Source: Patescibacteria group bacterium (lineage in GTDB: Bacteria; Patescibacteriota; Minisyncoccia; UBA9983). From it: DNA of 64,000 bases. The DNA is taken from the NCBI GenBank assembly GCA_040752125.1, contig JBFMFK010000006.1, positions 1,152 to 65,151 of the forward strand. Direction: 5' to 3'. The notes under the pieces are model-generated. The model was not told the DNA's origin. It did not search any database and saw nothing but the letters and a program-made list of their open reading frames with translations. Of the stretch, positions 1-9,170 are shown piece after piece (the stretch's first letter is position 1; each line of letters begins with the position of its first letter). Made by a program: the position numbers and the translations under genes.

Positions 1-33
1 ATTCCTTCCGGTTTGTAATTTTTGTTTCACCAT
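1..33 (-). CDS. nusG: 5' end of the gene downstream of secE, probably nusG (partial; N-terminus MVKQKLQTGRN... runs off the window)
   Basis: ATG at 31-33 on the minus strand, 1 nt after the secE stop. Conserved secE-nusG synteny. Confidence 0.3.
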   Translation of the reverse strand, partial: MVKQKLQTGRN

Positions 34-34
34 T

Positions 35-217
35 TTAGAGTACTAATCTATCTATTAATAGGCGAAAAATGATATCAAAAAGTCCCAAAAACAAAGCCAC
101 AGCCAAAGACACCCCAATGACAAGAAGGGTAAAATTTACAGTCTGTTTTCTACTGGGCCAGTTTACATTTTTTAATTCAATTTTAGTTCCTTTAAGATAA
201 TTTAATAATTTATTCAT
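35..217 (-). CDS. secE: preprotein translocase subunit SecE
   Basis: 60 aa with a single C-terminal TM helix. The motif KNVNWPSRKQTVNFTLLVIGVSL is typical of SecE. Position next to nusG. Confidence 0.8.
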   Translation of the reverse strand: MNKLLNYLKGTKIELKNVNWPSRKQTVNFTLLVIGVSLAVALFLGLFDIIFRLLIDRLVL

Positions 218-224
218 AAGTTTT

Positions 225-300
225 GAGTAGTCAGTATGTTAGTAGTTAAATTTTAAATTTGTCTGGCTACTCTTGGCTGACTACTAACTACTTCTTTTCA
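225..300. repeat. about 75-nt hairpin-forming leader element, copy A (upstream of secE)
   Basis: Shares GAAAARGAAGUAG...AGUCAG...CCAGACA...CUGACUACUCAA (minus-strand reading) with copy B at 23214-23285. It ends about 12 nt before the start codon. Confidence 0.4.
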
Positions 301-381
301 AAAAAGCCCTTGGCCGGGCTTATGATTAAATAATAAATAATCGTAAAAATAAGTCAACCCTACCAGTAAAAAATCCCGCTT

Positions 382-873
382 TTAGCGGGATTTATCTTTA
401 AGAGGCAAATCATATATATTTTTAATATCTATCACCTGTTTTAAGACATTAGATATTTTTTCTGTGCCGATAATTGAAACCTGTTTTTTCCGGTTTTTGG
501 CTTCTTTTATAAGATGGGTCATGTGTTTATCGTGACCCACCACAATTATATCGGTAATTTCTGAAAAATTACAAAATTTCATACCGCTCTGAATCAAATG
601 GATATCAACAGTATCTTCAGTTTTATCAGATTCAATGGTCTTTTGACATAAAACGATTTCAAATCCGAGATCACTCAAGTTTTCAGGAAGAGAATAGACG
701 CGATGGTCAGGTAAAAAAATAAAGGCAAAAATAATTTCTCCAAATTCTAGTAAAAATTCATGAAGTTTTTGGAAATCTATTATTTCTCCTTTTTCTATTG
801 CTTTAAAAGAAATATTTTCATAATCTATTAAGACAATAGTTTTTCGTTCTTTTTTTTTCTTTTTTAAGAGCAA
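382..873 (-). CDS. NYN-domain RNase (LabA/YacP-Rae1-like PIN-like fold)
   Basis: The motifs VLIDYENI and DTVDIHL are NYN/LabA hallmarks. 163 aa. Adjacent to secE, as yacP is in Firmicutes. Confidence 0.65.
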   Translation of the reverse strand: MLLKKKKKERKTIVLIDYENISFKAIEKGEIIDFQKLHEFLLEFGEIIFAFIFLPDHRVYSLPENLSDLGFEIVLCQKTIESDKTEDTVDIHLIQSGMKFCNFSEITDIIVVGHDKHMTHLIKEAKNRKKQVSIIGTEKISNVLKQVIDIKNIYDLPLKDKSR

Positions 874-884
874 TTTTCACCTCC

Positions 885-928
885 ATCAGAAAAATGGCCG
901 GATGCGAGTTTTTTACTCTCGCATCCGG
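885..928 (-). terminator. rho-independent terminator after the 936-1925 gene
   Basis: 11-bp perfect stem ccggatgcgag/ctcgcatccgg with a 9-nt loop, then a T-run on the minus strand. Confidence 0.5.
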
Positions 929-935
929 TTCAAAA

Positions 936-1925
936 TCACTTAGAAGAGTGGTAATAGGCGGCCAAACCAGCCCGCAACATTTTTATAAATTTCTCAGCTA
1001 ATTCTGCCAGTTCACCAGGTATTGTTTCGGGAATCTGGTTTTTTGTAAACCAGGAAAATGGTATCCATTTGCCCGCAAACTCCTGCATCCACTGCAGGCT
1101 TCCGGCACCAGTCAAGATCTTAATTCCTGTGATTGCTTTCTCATTGTACATTTTTATTGGACAGAGAGAAAGCAATCCCGCTCCTTCGAACCATTTCCGT
1201 CCAGATTCATCAACACGCTCCGGGAAATAAATGGAATATGTTCCGTGTTCTCCTGCTTTAAAAAGTGAGAGGTCTGGTCTACCTTTCTTGCGGATTACCC
1301 CGATTTCATTCCGATTCTTTTCGTCCTCAATTTTGCGTACTTCATTAAGGTACTTACGCAATTCAGCTTCTAAAGCTCTTTGGGCAGGAGTTTTCTCTTC
1401 TTCTACTAGAATCGGAATATAAACTATACGGTTAAAAAACAAAGTTCCTGCAGGCCATTTTTTAGTGGCCTGATTTTCTTTAATCTCTCCTTGATCAGCA
1501 ATGCGATATCGGCCGCAATCTACGCAACGTTTAAGAAAATCTTTTGCCAGGCCGACTTCTTTCGGTGCTGACCTTATTTCCTGGATAAAGAGTGAGAACT
1601 TCATATGCTTCTTGAGCTCTTCATCTCCTGATTGGAGGAGTCTTTCTTTAAGCTTCTCTAGATCTGTCATCTTTTTTTTGTCATCATCAGAAAGAACGCC
1701 ATGCAATGCTATTTGTCGAAGAACATTAATCTCGCGCTGAATAGCGATTGCTTTTTGAGCCGCGATTTCAGCATATCTCCGTCTCTCTTGAACCTGCTTT
1801 TCTTTTTCTGCAATTTGTTCGGTAGTCATCTTCTCAATAACTATCTCATCAAGACTTAACAAATTATCGTTCTTTCTTTTTTTGGCTTCTTCTGCTTTTT
1901 TAAAAGCTTCAACTATTTTGTTCAT
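936..1925 (-). CDS. hypothetical protein with a K/E-rich coiled-coil N-terminus and a globular C-terminal domain
   Basis: 329-aa ORF with its own terminator. I recognise no family. Confidence 0.5.
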   Translation of the reverse strand: MNKIVEAFKKAEEAKKRKNDNLLSLDEIVIEKMTTEQIAEKEKQVQERRRYAEIAAQKAIAIQREINVLRQIALHGVLSDDDKKKMTDLEKLKERLLQSGDEELKKHMKFSLFIQEIRSAPKEVGLAKDFLKRCVDCGRYRIADQGEIKENQATKKWPAGTLFFNRIVYIPILVEEEKTPAQRALEAELRKYLNEVRKIEDEKNRNEIGVIRKKGRPDLSLFKAGEHGTYSIYFPERVDESGRKWFEGAGLLSLCPIKMYNEKAITGIKILTGAGSLQWMQEFAGKWIPFSWFTKNQIPETIPGELAELAEKFIKMLRAGLAAYYHSSK

Positions 1926-2045
1926 TTCAAACCTCCAAAAAATTTAGAAAAATTTTTTCTTCAGAAAAATAGCTCCAAAAAAAACCCTAAAACCTCCTTT
2001 CTTTAGTTATCAAAGGACTACAAAGTAGTCTCAACAGACTATACA

Positions 2046-2789
2046 TCATTTAATTTCGTATGTCAAGCTGACAATAATTGTTATTTTGTTTTCACCAGCG
2101 GGAATTTCCGGAGCAATTTCCGGGCCGCCACCAACTCCCAGTGCCTCACTTTTAAAAATTGGTGACACTTCGCCAGATTCAGAAAAATTAACTAAGCGCA
2201 GTAATTTAACATTTAAATCTTCTTTTAGTTCCTCGGCTTTTTGTTTTGCTTTTTCAATGGCCTGCTTTCGTGCTTCCCTTTTCACTGCCTCTTCGTCATC
2301 AATGACAAAACTGATACTGCTGATTTGATTAGCGCCAGCTTCTGTTGCGCCTGATAAAATTTTCCCCACATTATCAAGATTTCTTACTTTTATGTCCAAA
2401 GTCTGATTGACCTCGTATCCCCTGAATACTCTGCCTCTATTTTCGATATAATCGTAACGGGGGAAAATATTATAAGAAGAGGTTTTAATATTTTTCTCTT
2501 CTACCCCAGATTGTTTTATGAATTCCACAACTTTATTTATTGCCTCAGTGTGTTGTTTCTGCGCTTCAGCAGCAGTTGCTGCTTCTTTGACTACAGATAT
2601 AGAAATCTGGGCTGTATCTGGTTTGGCAAAAATCTCTCCAGTTGCATTAACAGTGATAGTATCTATTTGATTAAGATTTCTGCCTATATATTTATTTTCT
2701 TTAATTCCATTATATGCTTCAACAGCCAGAAAAATCGCCAAAATAATGAAAGTGATACTTAATAATTTTTGCAGATTTTCATTTAACAT
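2046..2789 (-). CDS. SIMPL-domain (DUF541) periplasmic/membrane-anchored protein
   Basis: N-terminal TM helix. YDYIENRGRVFRGYEVNQTLDIKVRNLDNVGKIL matches the SIMPL family. Confidence 0.7.
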   Translation of the reverse strand: MLNENLQKLLSITFIILAIFLAVEAYNGIKENKYIGRNLNQIDTITVNATGEIFAKPDTAQISISVVKEAATAAEAQKQHTEAINKVVEFIKQSGVEEKNIKTSSYNIFPRYDYIENRGRVFRGYEVNQTLDIKVRNLDNVGKILSGATEAGANQISSISFVIDDEEAVKREARKQAIEKAKQKAEELKEDLNVKLLRLVNFSESGEVSPIFKSEALGVGGGPEIAPEIPAGENKITIIVSLTYEIK

Positions 2790-2861
2790 ATTTTTATAAA
2801 ATTACCTGATAATGTTAAAATTATATCATTTTTTGAAAATTTTTGATACAATAAATAGGCT

Positions 2862-2932
2862 GCGGGCGTAGTTTAGTGGCAGAATGTCTGCCTTCCAAGC
2901 AGAAGACGTGAGTTCAATTCTCGCCGCCCGCA
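2862..2932 (+). tRNA. tRNA-Gly (anticodon TCC)
   Basis: Cloverleaf GCGGGCG acceptor, anticodon stem TCTGC/GCAGA, loop CTTCCAA, T-loop TTCAATT. Confidence 0.8.
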
Positions 2933-2961
2933 AATGCAGAGGAGACTTACACATGGCGGCT

Positions 2962-4989
2962 TTAACTAAGACGGGGCTCGACTCTTCTCAATAACACTGC
3001 ATTTGTAGCAACAATGAGAGAAGAAGTAGACATCAACAAGGCTGAAATTTCAGGACGCAGAGAAATTCCAAACGAAGGATAAAATATCCCTGCTGCAACC
3101 GGAATGGCAAGAAGGTTATAAATTGCCGCCCAAAAAAGATTTTGCTTCATTTTTCTTACTGTTGCCCTGCTCAAATTTATCGCTTTTACAATATCATAGG
3201 GATCGGACTTCATTAAAACTATATTGCCCGTTTCAATGGCCACATCTGTGCCTGCGCCAATGGCAATACCGATATTGGCCTGGGCCAAAGCCGGAGCATC
3301 ATTAATGCCATCTCCGACCATGGCGACAAACATTCCTTCATCTTGAAGTTTTTTGATATACTTGACTTTATCTTCTGGAAGTACCTGGGCAAAATATCGG
3401 TCAATACCAAGTTCCTGCGATACAGCTTTTGCTACCTGTTCATGATCACCAGTAATCATTGCCACTTCCAATCCTAGCGACTTGAGTTCTAATATAGATT
3501 TTTTTGCCGCAGGCCGAATACTATCGGCAACGCCGATCACACCTATTGCCTGTCCCTCAATAGCAATAATACTGATTGTATTGCCAGTATTAAGAAGACG
3601 GTCAATATCTTTTTTGATTGGCGAAAGATCAATTTTGTTCTCTTTCATTAACCGTTCTGTGCCAGCAATAATTGATTTTCCATTTACTACAGCCTTCACG
3701 CCATGACCAGCGACAGCCTCAAATTTTTCTACTTTCTCATTTGCACCAAGATTGTTCTTTTGTGCCTCTTCAAGAATAGCAGTACTAATTGGATGACTTG
3801 AACCTCGCTCAACTGATGCTGCAAGTGATAATATTTCATTGTGATCGTATCCAGATCTGGCAACAATCTCTGTTACTTTAGGCTTGCCTTCAGTCAAAGT
3901 TCCTGTTTTATCAAGTATAATGGCCTTGAGTTTAGAAACATTCTCAAGTGTGGCTGCGTCTTTAATTAAAATATTATGTTTAGCACCAAGGCCTGTGCCC
4001 ACAGCCACAGCAGTCGGCGTTGCCAATCCCAATGCATCAGGACAGGCAATAACCACTGTGGAAACAGCAAAAGTTAAAGCAAAAATAAAGGCGGCATTAC
4101 TAAGAAAATACCAAACCAAAAAAGTCGCAACTCCAGAACCAATGGCCAAGATAACCAGCCAGGCTGCGGCCTTGTCTGCCAGACGCTGGCCAGGAGCTTT
4201 AGAGTTCTGGGCAGTTTCAACCATTTTGATTATTTGCGCCAAAGCCGTATCAGAACCAATCTTTTCCGCCTTAAATTTCGCTTGCCCAGTTTTATTGATT
4301 GAACCGCCAACAACTTTGCTGCCAATTTTCTTCTCAATAGGAAAAGATTCACCTGTTACCAAAGATTCATCAATGGCAGTCTCACCTTCAATCACCTCTC
4401 CGTCTACTGGCACCTTGTCTCCTGGTCGAAGCACGACAATGTCGCCGACAACTACTTCGGCTACTGGCAGAGTTATTTCTTTGTTATTACGGATAACATT
4501 AGCTTGTGGAGGAACTAAATCAAATAAAGCTCGCAAAGCATCTGAAGTACCACGACGGGATTTCATCTCCATCCAATGGCCAAATAAAACAAAGGTCACC
4601 AAAAGAGCAGCAGCCTCATAAAAAGTTTCTGAACTAGGCCGAATGACAGTAAGTAATACACTAAAAAGATAAGCTGCCAAAACACCAGTAGCCACCAAGA
4701 CCGCCATATTGAGTTTTCTGGCCTTGAGAGAATAATACGCGCCAGTAATAAAAATTGATCCTGTCCAGAAAACAACAGGAGTTGTGAAAATGAAAAGGGT
4801 CCAATTAACAGGTATCAGTGCCGGCAGGTTAATCTTAAAAAAATTTATACTCACTGGTGAATAAAGAAAAATCGGTATTGACAGAAAAAAAGAAATCCAA
4901 AACCGGCGACGCATATCTGCTTCCATTTGCTTGGCAATCTGCGGATCGGTCATTGCTACCTCATGATCCTGATGACTCATATGTCCCAT
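2962..4989 (-). CDS. heavy-metal translocating P-type ATPase (P1B family)
   Basis: DKTGTLT phosphorylation site, GDGINDAPAL hinge, CPD motif in TM6 (IACPDALGLATP), His-rich N-terminus, no HMA domain. Confidence 0.85.
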   Translation of the reverse strand: MGHMSHQDHEVAMTDPQIAKQMEADMRRRFWISFFLSIPIFLYSPVSINFFKINLPALIPVNWTLFIFTTPVVFWTGSIFITGAYYSLKARKLNMAVLVATGVLAAYLFSVLLTVIRPSSETFYEAAALLVTFVLFGHWMEMKSRRGTSDALRALFDLVPPQANVIRNNKEITLPVAEVVVGDIVVLRPGDKVPVDGEVIEGETAIDESLVTGESFPIEKKIGSKVVGGSINKTGQAKFKAEKIGSDTALAQIIKMVETAQNSKAPGQRLADKAAAWLVILAIGSGVATFLVWYFLSNAAFIFALTFAVSTVVIACPDALGLATPTAVAVGTGLGAKHNILIKDAATLENVSKLKAIILDKTGTLTEGKPKVTEIVARSGYDHNEILSLAASVERGSSHPISTAILEEAQKNNLGANEKVEKFEAVAGHGVKAVVNGKSIIAGTERLMKENKIDLSPIKKDIDRLLNTGNTISIIAIEGQAIGVIGVADSIRPAAKKSILELKSLGLEVAMITGDHEQVAKAVSQELGIDRYFAQVLPEDKVKYIKKLQDEGMFVAMVGDGINDAPALAQANIGIAIGAGTDVAIETGNIVLMKSDPYDIVKAINLSRATVRKMKQNLFWAAIYNLLAIPVAAGIFYPSFGISLRPEISALLMSTSSLIVATNAVLLRRVEPRLS

Positions 4990-5006
4990 AAAATTATTTT
5001 TAATTT

Positions 5007-5077
5007 TCGGGATGCCGAGAGTCGAACTCGGGCTGCACCCACCCCAAGGGTACGTACTGCCGTTATACTACATCCCG
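5007..5077 (-). tRNA. tRNA-Pro (anticodon GGG)
   Basis: Reverse complement folds as CGGGATG acceptor, T-stem CCGAG/CTCGG, anticodon loop TTGGGGT. Confidence 0.75.
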
Positions 5078-5103
5078 CAATCTCATTATATCAAAGAAAA
5101 ATT

Positions 5104-5155
5104 TGGCTCAAAGCCAACAAAAGTTCAAAGCCAACAAAACTTGGCTTTGAGCCAA
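5104..5155. repeat. tandem caaagccaacaaaa repeats inside an 11-bp inverted repeat (ggctcaaagcc / ggctttgagcc)
   Basis: Three near-copies of a 17-nt unit. The outer arms are complementary. Confidence 0.5.
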
Positions 5156-5160
5156 CAAAA

Positions 5161-5197
5161 TCAGCCTGTCAAAAAACAATGACAGGCTGATTATTTT
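5161..5197. terminator. bidirectional rho-independent terminator
   Basis: 10-bp perfect stem tcagcctgtc/gacaggctga, followed by TTATTTT on plus and a T-rich run on minus. It sits just after the end of the 5220-5765 gene. Confidence 0.6.
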
Positions 5198-5219
5198 AAT
5201 TCTGGATTTTAATCCCGGA

Positions 5220-5765
5220 TTACTGACCAATTTTCTTTAGTTTTTCTTCAAGCTGACGGATGAGATTCAAAAGCTCTTGAATACGTGCCTGGATAGAAGA
5301 AGTAGCTCTTCCTCTAAAAGACAGATTATTGATTTTAGAGACAACGATAACTCGAGTGTTTTCATTAAAATTTCCCTTTCCTGAAAGCACGTCGCCTGGC
5401 TTAAAATCATCTAGGGTAATTCTCTGGCCGCCACCGATTATCTTTGCACCACTAACATTTACATCGTGATTAAATCCGTAGAATTTAACATTGAGGGTGT
5501 TTGTTGAAGTGGAAACTGAATTAACAACCACACCACTGACAATGAAATTACCATTGAATTTCATAGTCACTGATCTTGATTCATCGCTTTTTTTAAAATC
5601 ATCTTTTTCAATATTCGTGGCATAGGCCACCATTGAAAAAGAAACAGCAAGGACAATAATAGAGAAAATAATAGCTATTTTAAGATTTGATAAGTTCTGC
5701 ATATTGTTTATTTTGCTTATAATTTCTGACCTTTCTAAACGTTTAATTATTATATCATTCAGCAA
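5220..5765 (-). CDS. hypothetical membrane-anchored protein (N-terminal TM helix, C-terminal coiled coil)
   Basis: ORF followed by a terminator. No recognisable family. Confidence 0.5.
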   Translation of the reverse strand: MLNDIIIKRLERSEIISKINNMQNLSNLKIAIIFSIIVLAVSFSMVAYATNIEKDDFKKSDESRSVTMKFNGNFIVSGVVVNSVSTSTNTLNVKFYGFNHDVNVSGAKIIGGGQRITLDDFKPGDVLSGKGNFNENTRVIVVSKINNLSFRGRATSSIQARIQELLNLIRQLEEKLKKIGQ

Positions 5766-5863
5766 AAAACTTGCAATACTTTCAACTGAAAAAATGTTCA
5801 GTGGTTATTCATCAAACCTTGCTCAATAATGAAAGAATTAAAGTTAGTTTAATACACTTCTTG

Positions 5864-5936
5864 GGTGACCTAGGGGATTTGCACCCCTGCTGGCACTTCC
5901 ACAGAGTGCTGTGCTCACTACTACACCAAGGCCACC
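5864..5936 (-). tRNA. tRNA-His (anticodon GTG) with encoded G-1
   Basis: Reverse complement G-GTGGCCT... has an 8-bp acceptor with G-1:C73, anticodon loop CTGTGGA, T-stem AGGGG/CCCCT. Confidence 0.75.
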
Positions 5937-5950
5937 ATTGGGTCATTAAA

Positions 5951-6478
5951 TTAATATCTGGGGTGTTTTTCTTTTATACCGAGGTTTACATATCTGGCCA
6001 ATGCGAATAGAAGCGATGACAAGCGATTAAGATATTTTAGTGATTCTGGAGAAATGTTTTTCTTGCTTGCCACACATCGTCTTTCTGCTCTTCGCGCCAC
6101 AGCTCGGCTGTAATCTAAGAGGGCTGATAATTCTGTTCCACCCGAAATTATGAAATTTTTAATCTTGGGCAACTTTTTTTCAATTTTATCAATTATTTTT
6201 TCTATTTCAGTTCTTCTATTTTTTTTTATGCCTTTACCACAACCAGCCACTTCACCTTGCAAAATAAATAAATCATTTTGAATATCTTCTAATGTTTTGG
6301 AGGTTAAACCTCCAATTGGAGGTTTAACCTCCAAAGATTTTACCTTGCAAAATCCCAAGAGTGAATTTAATTCATCAAGACTGCCAAGAGCTTCTATTCT
6401 TAGAGAACTTTTGAGAAAATTTTTTTTGCAATCAAAAATTGTCGTCAGGCCCTTGTCGCCAACTTTAGTATATAGCAT
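5951..6478 (-). CDS. PduO-type ATP:cob(I)alamin adenosyltransferase (MMAB-like)
   Basis: MLYTKVGDKGLTT...EALGSLDELNS...IQNDLF...YLNRLSSLLFALARY match PF01923 signature positions. Confidence 0.75.
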   Translation of the reverse strand: MLYTKVGDKGLTTIFDCKKNFLKSSLRIEALGSLDELNSLLGFCKVKSLEVKPPIGGLTSKTLEDIQNDLFILQGEVAGCGKGIKKNRRTEIEKIIDKIEKKLPKIKNFIISGGTELSALLDYSRAVARRAERRCVASKKNISPESLKYLNRLSSLLFALARYVNLGIKEKHPRY

Positions 6479-6489
6479 CTTAAATTAAA

Positions 6490-6738
6490 TTAAGAAATTT
6501 TTAAGACTCTTGTGCCAACTTTGGTTTCTTGTTCCACCTTCACGGCTACTTCCTCTCCAGATTTTCCTCCTTTGATGGGCTTATGTTCAACCTGTATAGA
6601 ATCAACTGTCTGAGTAAACTCATTCTCTCCGTGAATGAATTTTACTGTGTCTCCAATCTTGAGATCGCTTGATAGCCTGATGACTGCCACCATTGCTTTA
6701 TCAAAATAGTGTATAACCTTTCCTATTTCTTGTTCCAT
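6490..6738 (-). CDS. small conserved hypothetical protein (EF-Tu domain-2-like beta-barrel is a guess)
   Basis: 82-aa ORF tightly spaced with the upstream gene. Confidence 0.4.
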   Translation of the reverse strand: MEQEIGKVIHYFDKAMVAVIRLSSDLKIGDTVKFIHGENEFTQTVDSIQVEHKPIKGGKSGEEVAVKVEQETKVGTRVLKIS

Positions 6739-6868
6739 AACTTTAATACCTAGTATTTTGTATAATTTCGTATATTGTCTACTTAATACTAGATATAATA
6801 CACGTATTTGGCCCTTGACCAGAGGGTTACTTTAATCATACAGAAAAATAAAAATTTTTGAAGCGGTT

Positions 6869-6951
6869 TGCCCAGGGCGGGATTTGAACCCGCACGCTCT
6901 TGTGAGCCATGCCCCTCAAGCATGTGTGTATACCAGTTCCACCACCTGGGC
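6869..6951 (-). tRNA. tRNA-Leu (anticodon GAG), type II with long variable arm
   Basis: Reverse complement GCCCAGG acceptor, anticodon stem CATGC/GCATG, loop TTGAGGG, variable arm GCTCACAAGAGCGT, T-loop TTCAAAT. Confidence 0.8.
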
Positions 6952-6958
6952 ATCAATC

Positions 6959-7342
6959 TTAAGGCTCGGTTTTTATGTCTTCAGATTCTTTTTTCGTTGC
7001 ACTGCGTATTTGCTTCATCTTTCTGCGAATTTCTCTGGCTGCTTTATTGCGGACATAATATAATTTGGCACGCCGCACTTTTGATTTTCTCACGATTTCT
7101 ATTTTTTCTATGATTGGGGAAAAAACTGGAAAGATTCTCTCAACTCCGATCCCATCAGAAATTTTTCTGATAGTAAAAGTGGCTCCCGATTCAAAACCAT
7201 GCTTGCGAGCTATTATCAAACCATCAAAAGACTGGAGGCGGGTTTTATCTCCTTCTTTAATTTTCTGCCAAACCCGGACTGTGTTCCCGGGTTTCAAATC
7301 CCATTTTTTTCTTTCTTCTATGTTGACATTAGCTAAACTCAT
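6959..7342 (-). CDS. rplS: 50S ribosomal protein L19
   Basis: [33 protein letters not shown]... is the typical L19 core. Confidence 0.85.
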   Translation of the reverse strand: MSLANVNIEERKKWDLKPGNTVRVWQKIKEGDKTRLQSFDGLIIARKHGFESGATFTIRKISDGIGVERIFPVFSPIIEKIEIVRKSKVRRAKLYYVRNKAAREIRRKMKQIRSATKKESEDIKTEP

Positions 7343-7348
7343 AACAAT

Positions 7349-8077
7349 CTATAAATTAACATTTTGCTCTTTTTCCTGCAACTTCTTTAAAACTTTTTCT
7401 AAATCATCTGGCAAATAAGTCTCAAGTTTTATTCTACCTCCTGAAAGTGGTAAAGTAAATTCTAAGGCGCGAGCATGAAGAAAATGGCGAGTCAAATTAA
7501 GGGGGCATTTTTGCTTTTTTGGCCCATATAATTTATCGCAGACAACCGGATGGCCAATGGCTTTTAAGTGCACTCTTATCTGATGCATCCTTCCTGTTTT
7601 TGGATAAGCCTCAATAAGAGTAAAATCTTTGAATCGTTTAATAATCTTGTACTCTGTAACAGCCTCCCTGATTTTACCAATGGCTTTTTGAGTAGCCCGC
7701 CTGTCGGCGAGGCAGGTTTTTTTGCGAAAATCTTTTTTGCTTTTGCCAATCGGCAATTTAATCATTCCCGCTCGTTCCTTAAGATGTCCATACACCAAAG
7801 CAAGATATGTTTTTTTGATTTGTCTTTTTTGGAACTGTTCTTTTAGATATTCAAAAGATTTCTGATTTTTTGCAACCAGTAAAATACCTGAAGTATTTTT
7901 ATCAAGTCTATGGACAATACCCGGCCTTTCAGTGTTCTCGCCAACACCTATCACTTGCGGCCGATTTTGCTTTATCCAATCTATAATGCTGGGGTACTCG
8001 CCATGAACAACAATCCCAGCAGGCTTGTCTATTGCCAAGATGTCATTATCTTCATAGATTATTTCTAAATCTTTCAT
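7349..8077 (-). CDS. RluA-family pseudouridine synthase
   Basis: Catalytic HRLDKNTSGILLVAK motif. Length 242 aa. Confidence 0.85.
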   Translation of the reverse strand: MKDLEIIYEDNDILAIDKPAGIVVHGEYPSIIDWIKQNRPQVIGVGENTERPGIVHRLDKNTSGILLVAKNQKSFEYLKEQFQKRQIKKTYLALVYGHLKERAGMIKLPIGKSKKDFRKKTCLADRRATQKAIGKIREAVTEYKIIKRFKDFTLIEAYPKTGRMHQIRVHLKAIGHPVVCDKLYGPKKQKCPLNLTRHFLHARALEFTLPLSGGRIKLETYLPDDLEKVLKKLQEKEQNVNL

Positions 8078-8080
8078 CTA

Positions 8081-8154
8081 TGGGCGGCGAAGGATTTGAA
8101 CCCTCGGCCTTCTCGGTGTAAACGAGACGCTCTGACCAGCTGAGCTAGCCGCCC
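8081..8154 (-). tRNA. tRNA-Val (anticodon TAC)
   Basis: Reverse complement GGGCGGC acceptor, anticodon stem TCTCG/CGAGA, loop TTTACAC. Confidence 0.7.
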
Positions 8155-8156
8155 AA

Positions 8157-8230
8157 TGGGCGCATCCTGATTTGAACAGGAGACCTCTATCGTGTGAAGA
8201 TAGCGCTCTAACCAGCTGAGCTATGCGCCC
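8157..8230 (-). tRNA. tRNA-Val (anticodon CAC)
   Basis: Reverse complement GGGCGCA acceptor, anticodon stem CTATC/GATAG, loop TTCACAC. Confidence 0.6.
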
Positions 8231-8238
8231 TTTCATTT

Positions 8239-8310
8239 TCTCCCCAGCAGGAATCGAACCCGCATCTTCACCTTAGAAGGGTGCTACTCTGTCCGTTGAG
8301 TTATGGGGAG
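8239..8310 (-). tRNA. tRNA-Arg (anticodon TCT)
   Basis: Reverse complement CTCCCCA acceptor with U8, anticodon loop CTTCTAA, T-loop TTCGATT. Confidence 0.65.
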
Positions 8311-8318
8311 ATACATAA

Positions 8319-8648
8319 TTATAATGACGGATCTTTAATTGAAGGGGGGTTGGAAATTGTATTATCAAAAATCTTTTTTCTCTCTGATAAATCTTCCATC
8401 AGTTTTGTTAATGATTCTTTTTTGAAAATAATAGTTTTATTCTCATAATTGAGATTAACTTTAATACCTGATTCCACTTTAGAATAATATTGCCAAAAAA
8501 CATAAGCACCTATCCCAAAACATACAGTTAACGAGATTAAAAAAAATGATAATAGTATTTTCCAATCTCTTATTAATTTAATCTCCGTAAAGCGGTCGTT
8601 ACGATAGATAAAATATCCTATTATTCTGTTAAAATCAAGTTTTTTCAT
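8319..8648 (-). CDS. hypothetical membrane protein downstream of the pilMNO-like genes
   Basis: 109 aa with one TM helix. Possible PilP-like role by position only. Confidence 0.35.
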   Translation of the reverse strand: MKKLDFNRIIGYFIYRNDRFTEIKLIRDWKILLSFFLISLTVCFGIGAYVFWQYYSKVESGIKVNLNYENKTIIFKKESLTKLMEDLSERKKIFDNTISNPPSIKDPSL

Positions 8649-8652
8649 TTTA

Positions 8653-9165
8653 TTATTTGATGATATATGTTGTCAATAAAATTTTAAAATCACCTCTCCA
8701 AAGTTCACTGATCTTTGATAATCTTAATTCTTTTAAGACTATGCTATTCGGGAGGTTTCCTAAAAGGACTATAAATTGGAAAACATTGGAAAATGAACCT
8801 TCTGCATGTAAATTTAAAATTGGTTTTTCTGTCTTCTTATCCGCAAAATCAATTGAGTCAAATTTTACTTCCAAACCGAGTTTTTTTCCTGTTGACTCAA
8901 GATTTTCTATAAAGGAAACCGTACTCTCTTTATCAAGAAAAATAGAATTAACTTCCTTCCATTGTTCTTTGATCTCTTCTATTTCTCTTTTTAGTATTTT
9001 AATATTCTGCTCTTTGTTTTCGGCAAGAAACAAATCTTGGGGGATTTTATTCAAAATGATAATCTGATTCTCTATTCTTAAATAAAAGTAGAAAACTGCA
9101 AACAGAGCTAAAAGGTCTAAAAAAACAACCAATATTATAGAAATAATAAATTTTTTATTACTCAT
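8653..9165 (-). CDS. PilO-like type IV pilus assembly protein
   Basis: N-terminal TM helix plus coiled coil. Position after pilN. Confidence 0.45.
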   Translation of the reverse strand: MSNKKFIISIILVVFLDLLALFAVFYFYLRIENQIIILNKIPQDLFLAENKEQNIKILKREIEEIKEQWKEVNSIFLDKESTVSFIENLESTGKKLGLEVKFDSIDFADKKTEKPILNLHAEGSFSNVFQFIVLLGNLPNSIVLKELRLSKISELWRGDFKILLTTYIIK

Positions 9166-9170
9166 TTTTA

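Noticed and set aside
3884-4621. Long antisense ORFs inside confirmed genes (e.g. 3884-4621 + in the P-type ATPase, 17675-18154 + in rplF, 18933-19541 + in rplE, 50387-51028 + in polA, 52017-52460 +)
   Set aside because: They overlap well-supported conserved genes on the other strand. They have no recognisable motifs, and are typical low-GC frame artefacts.
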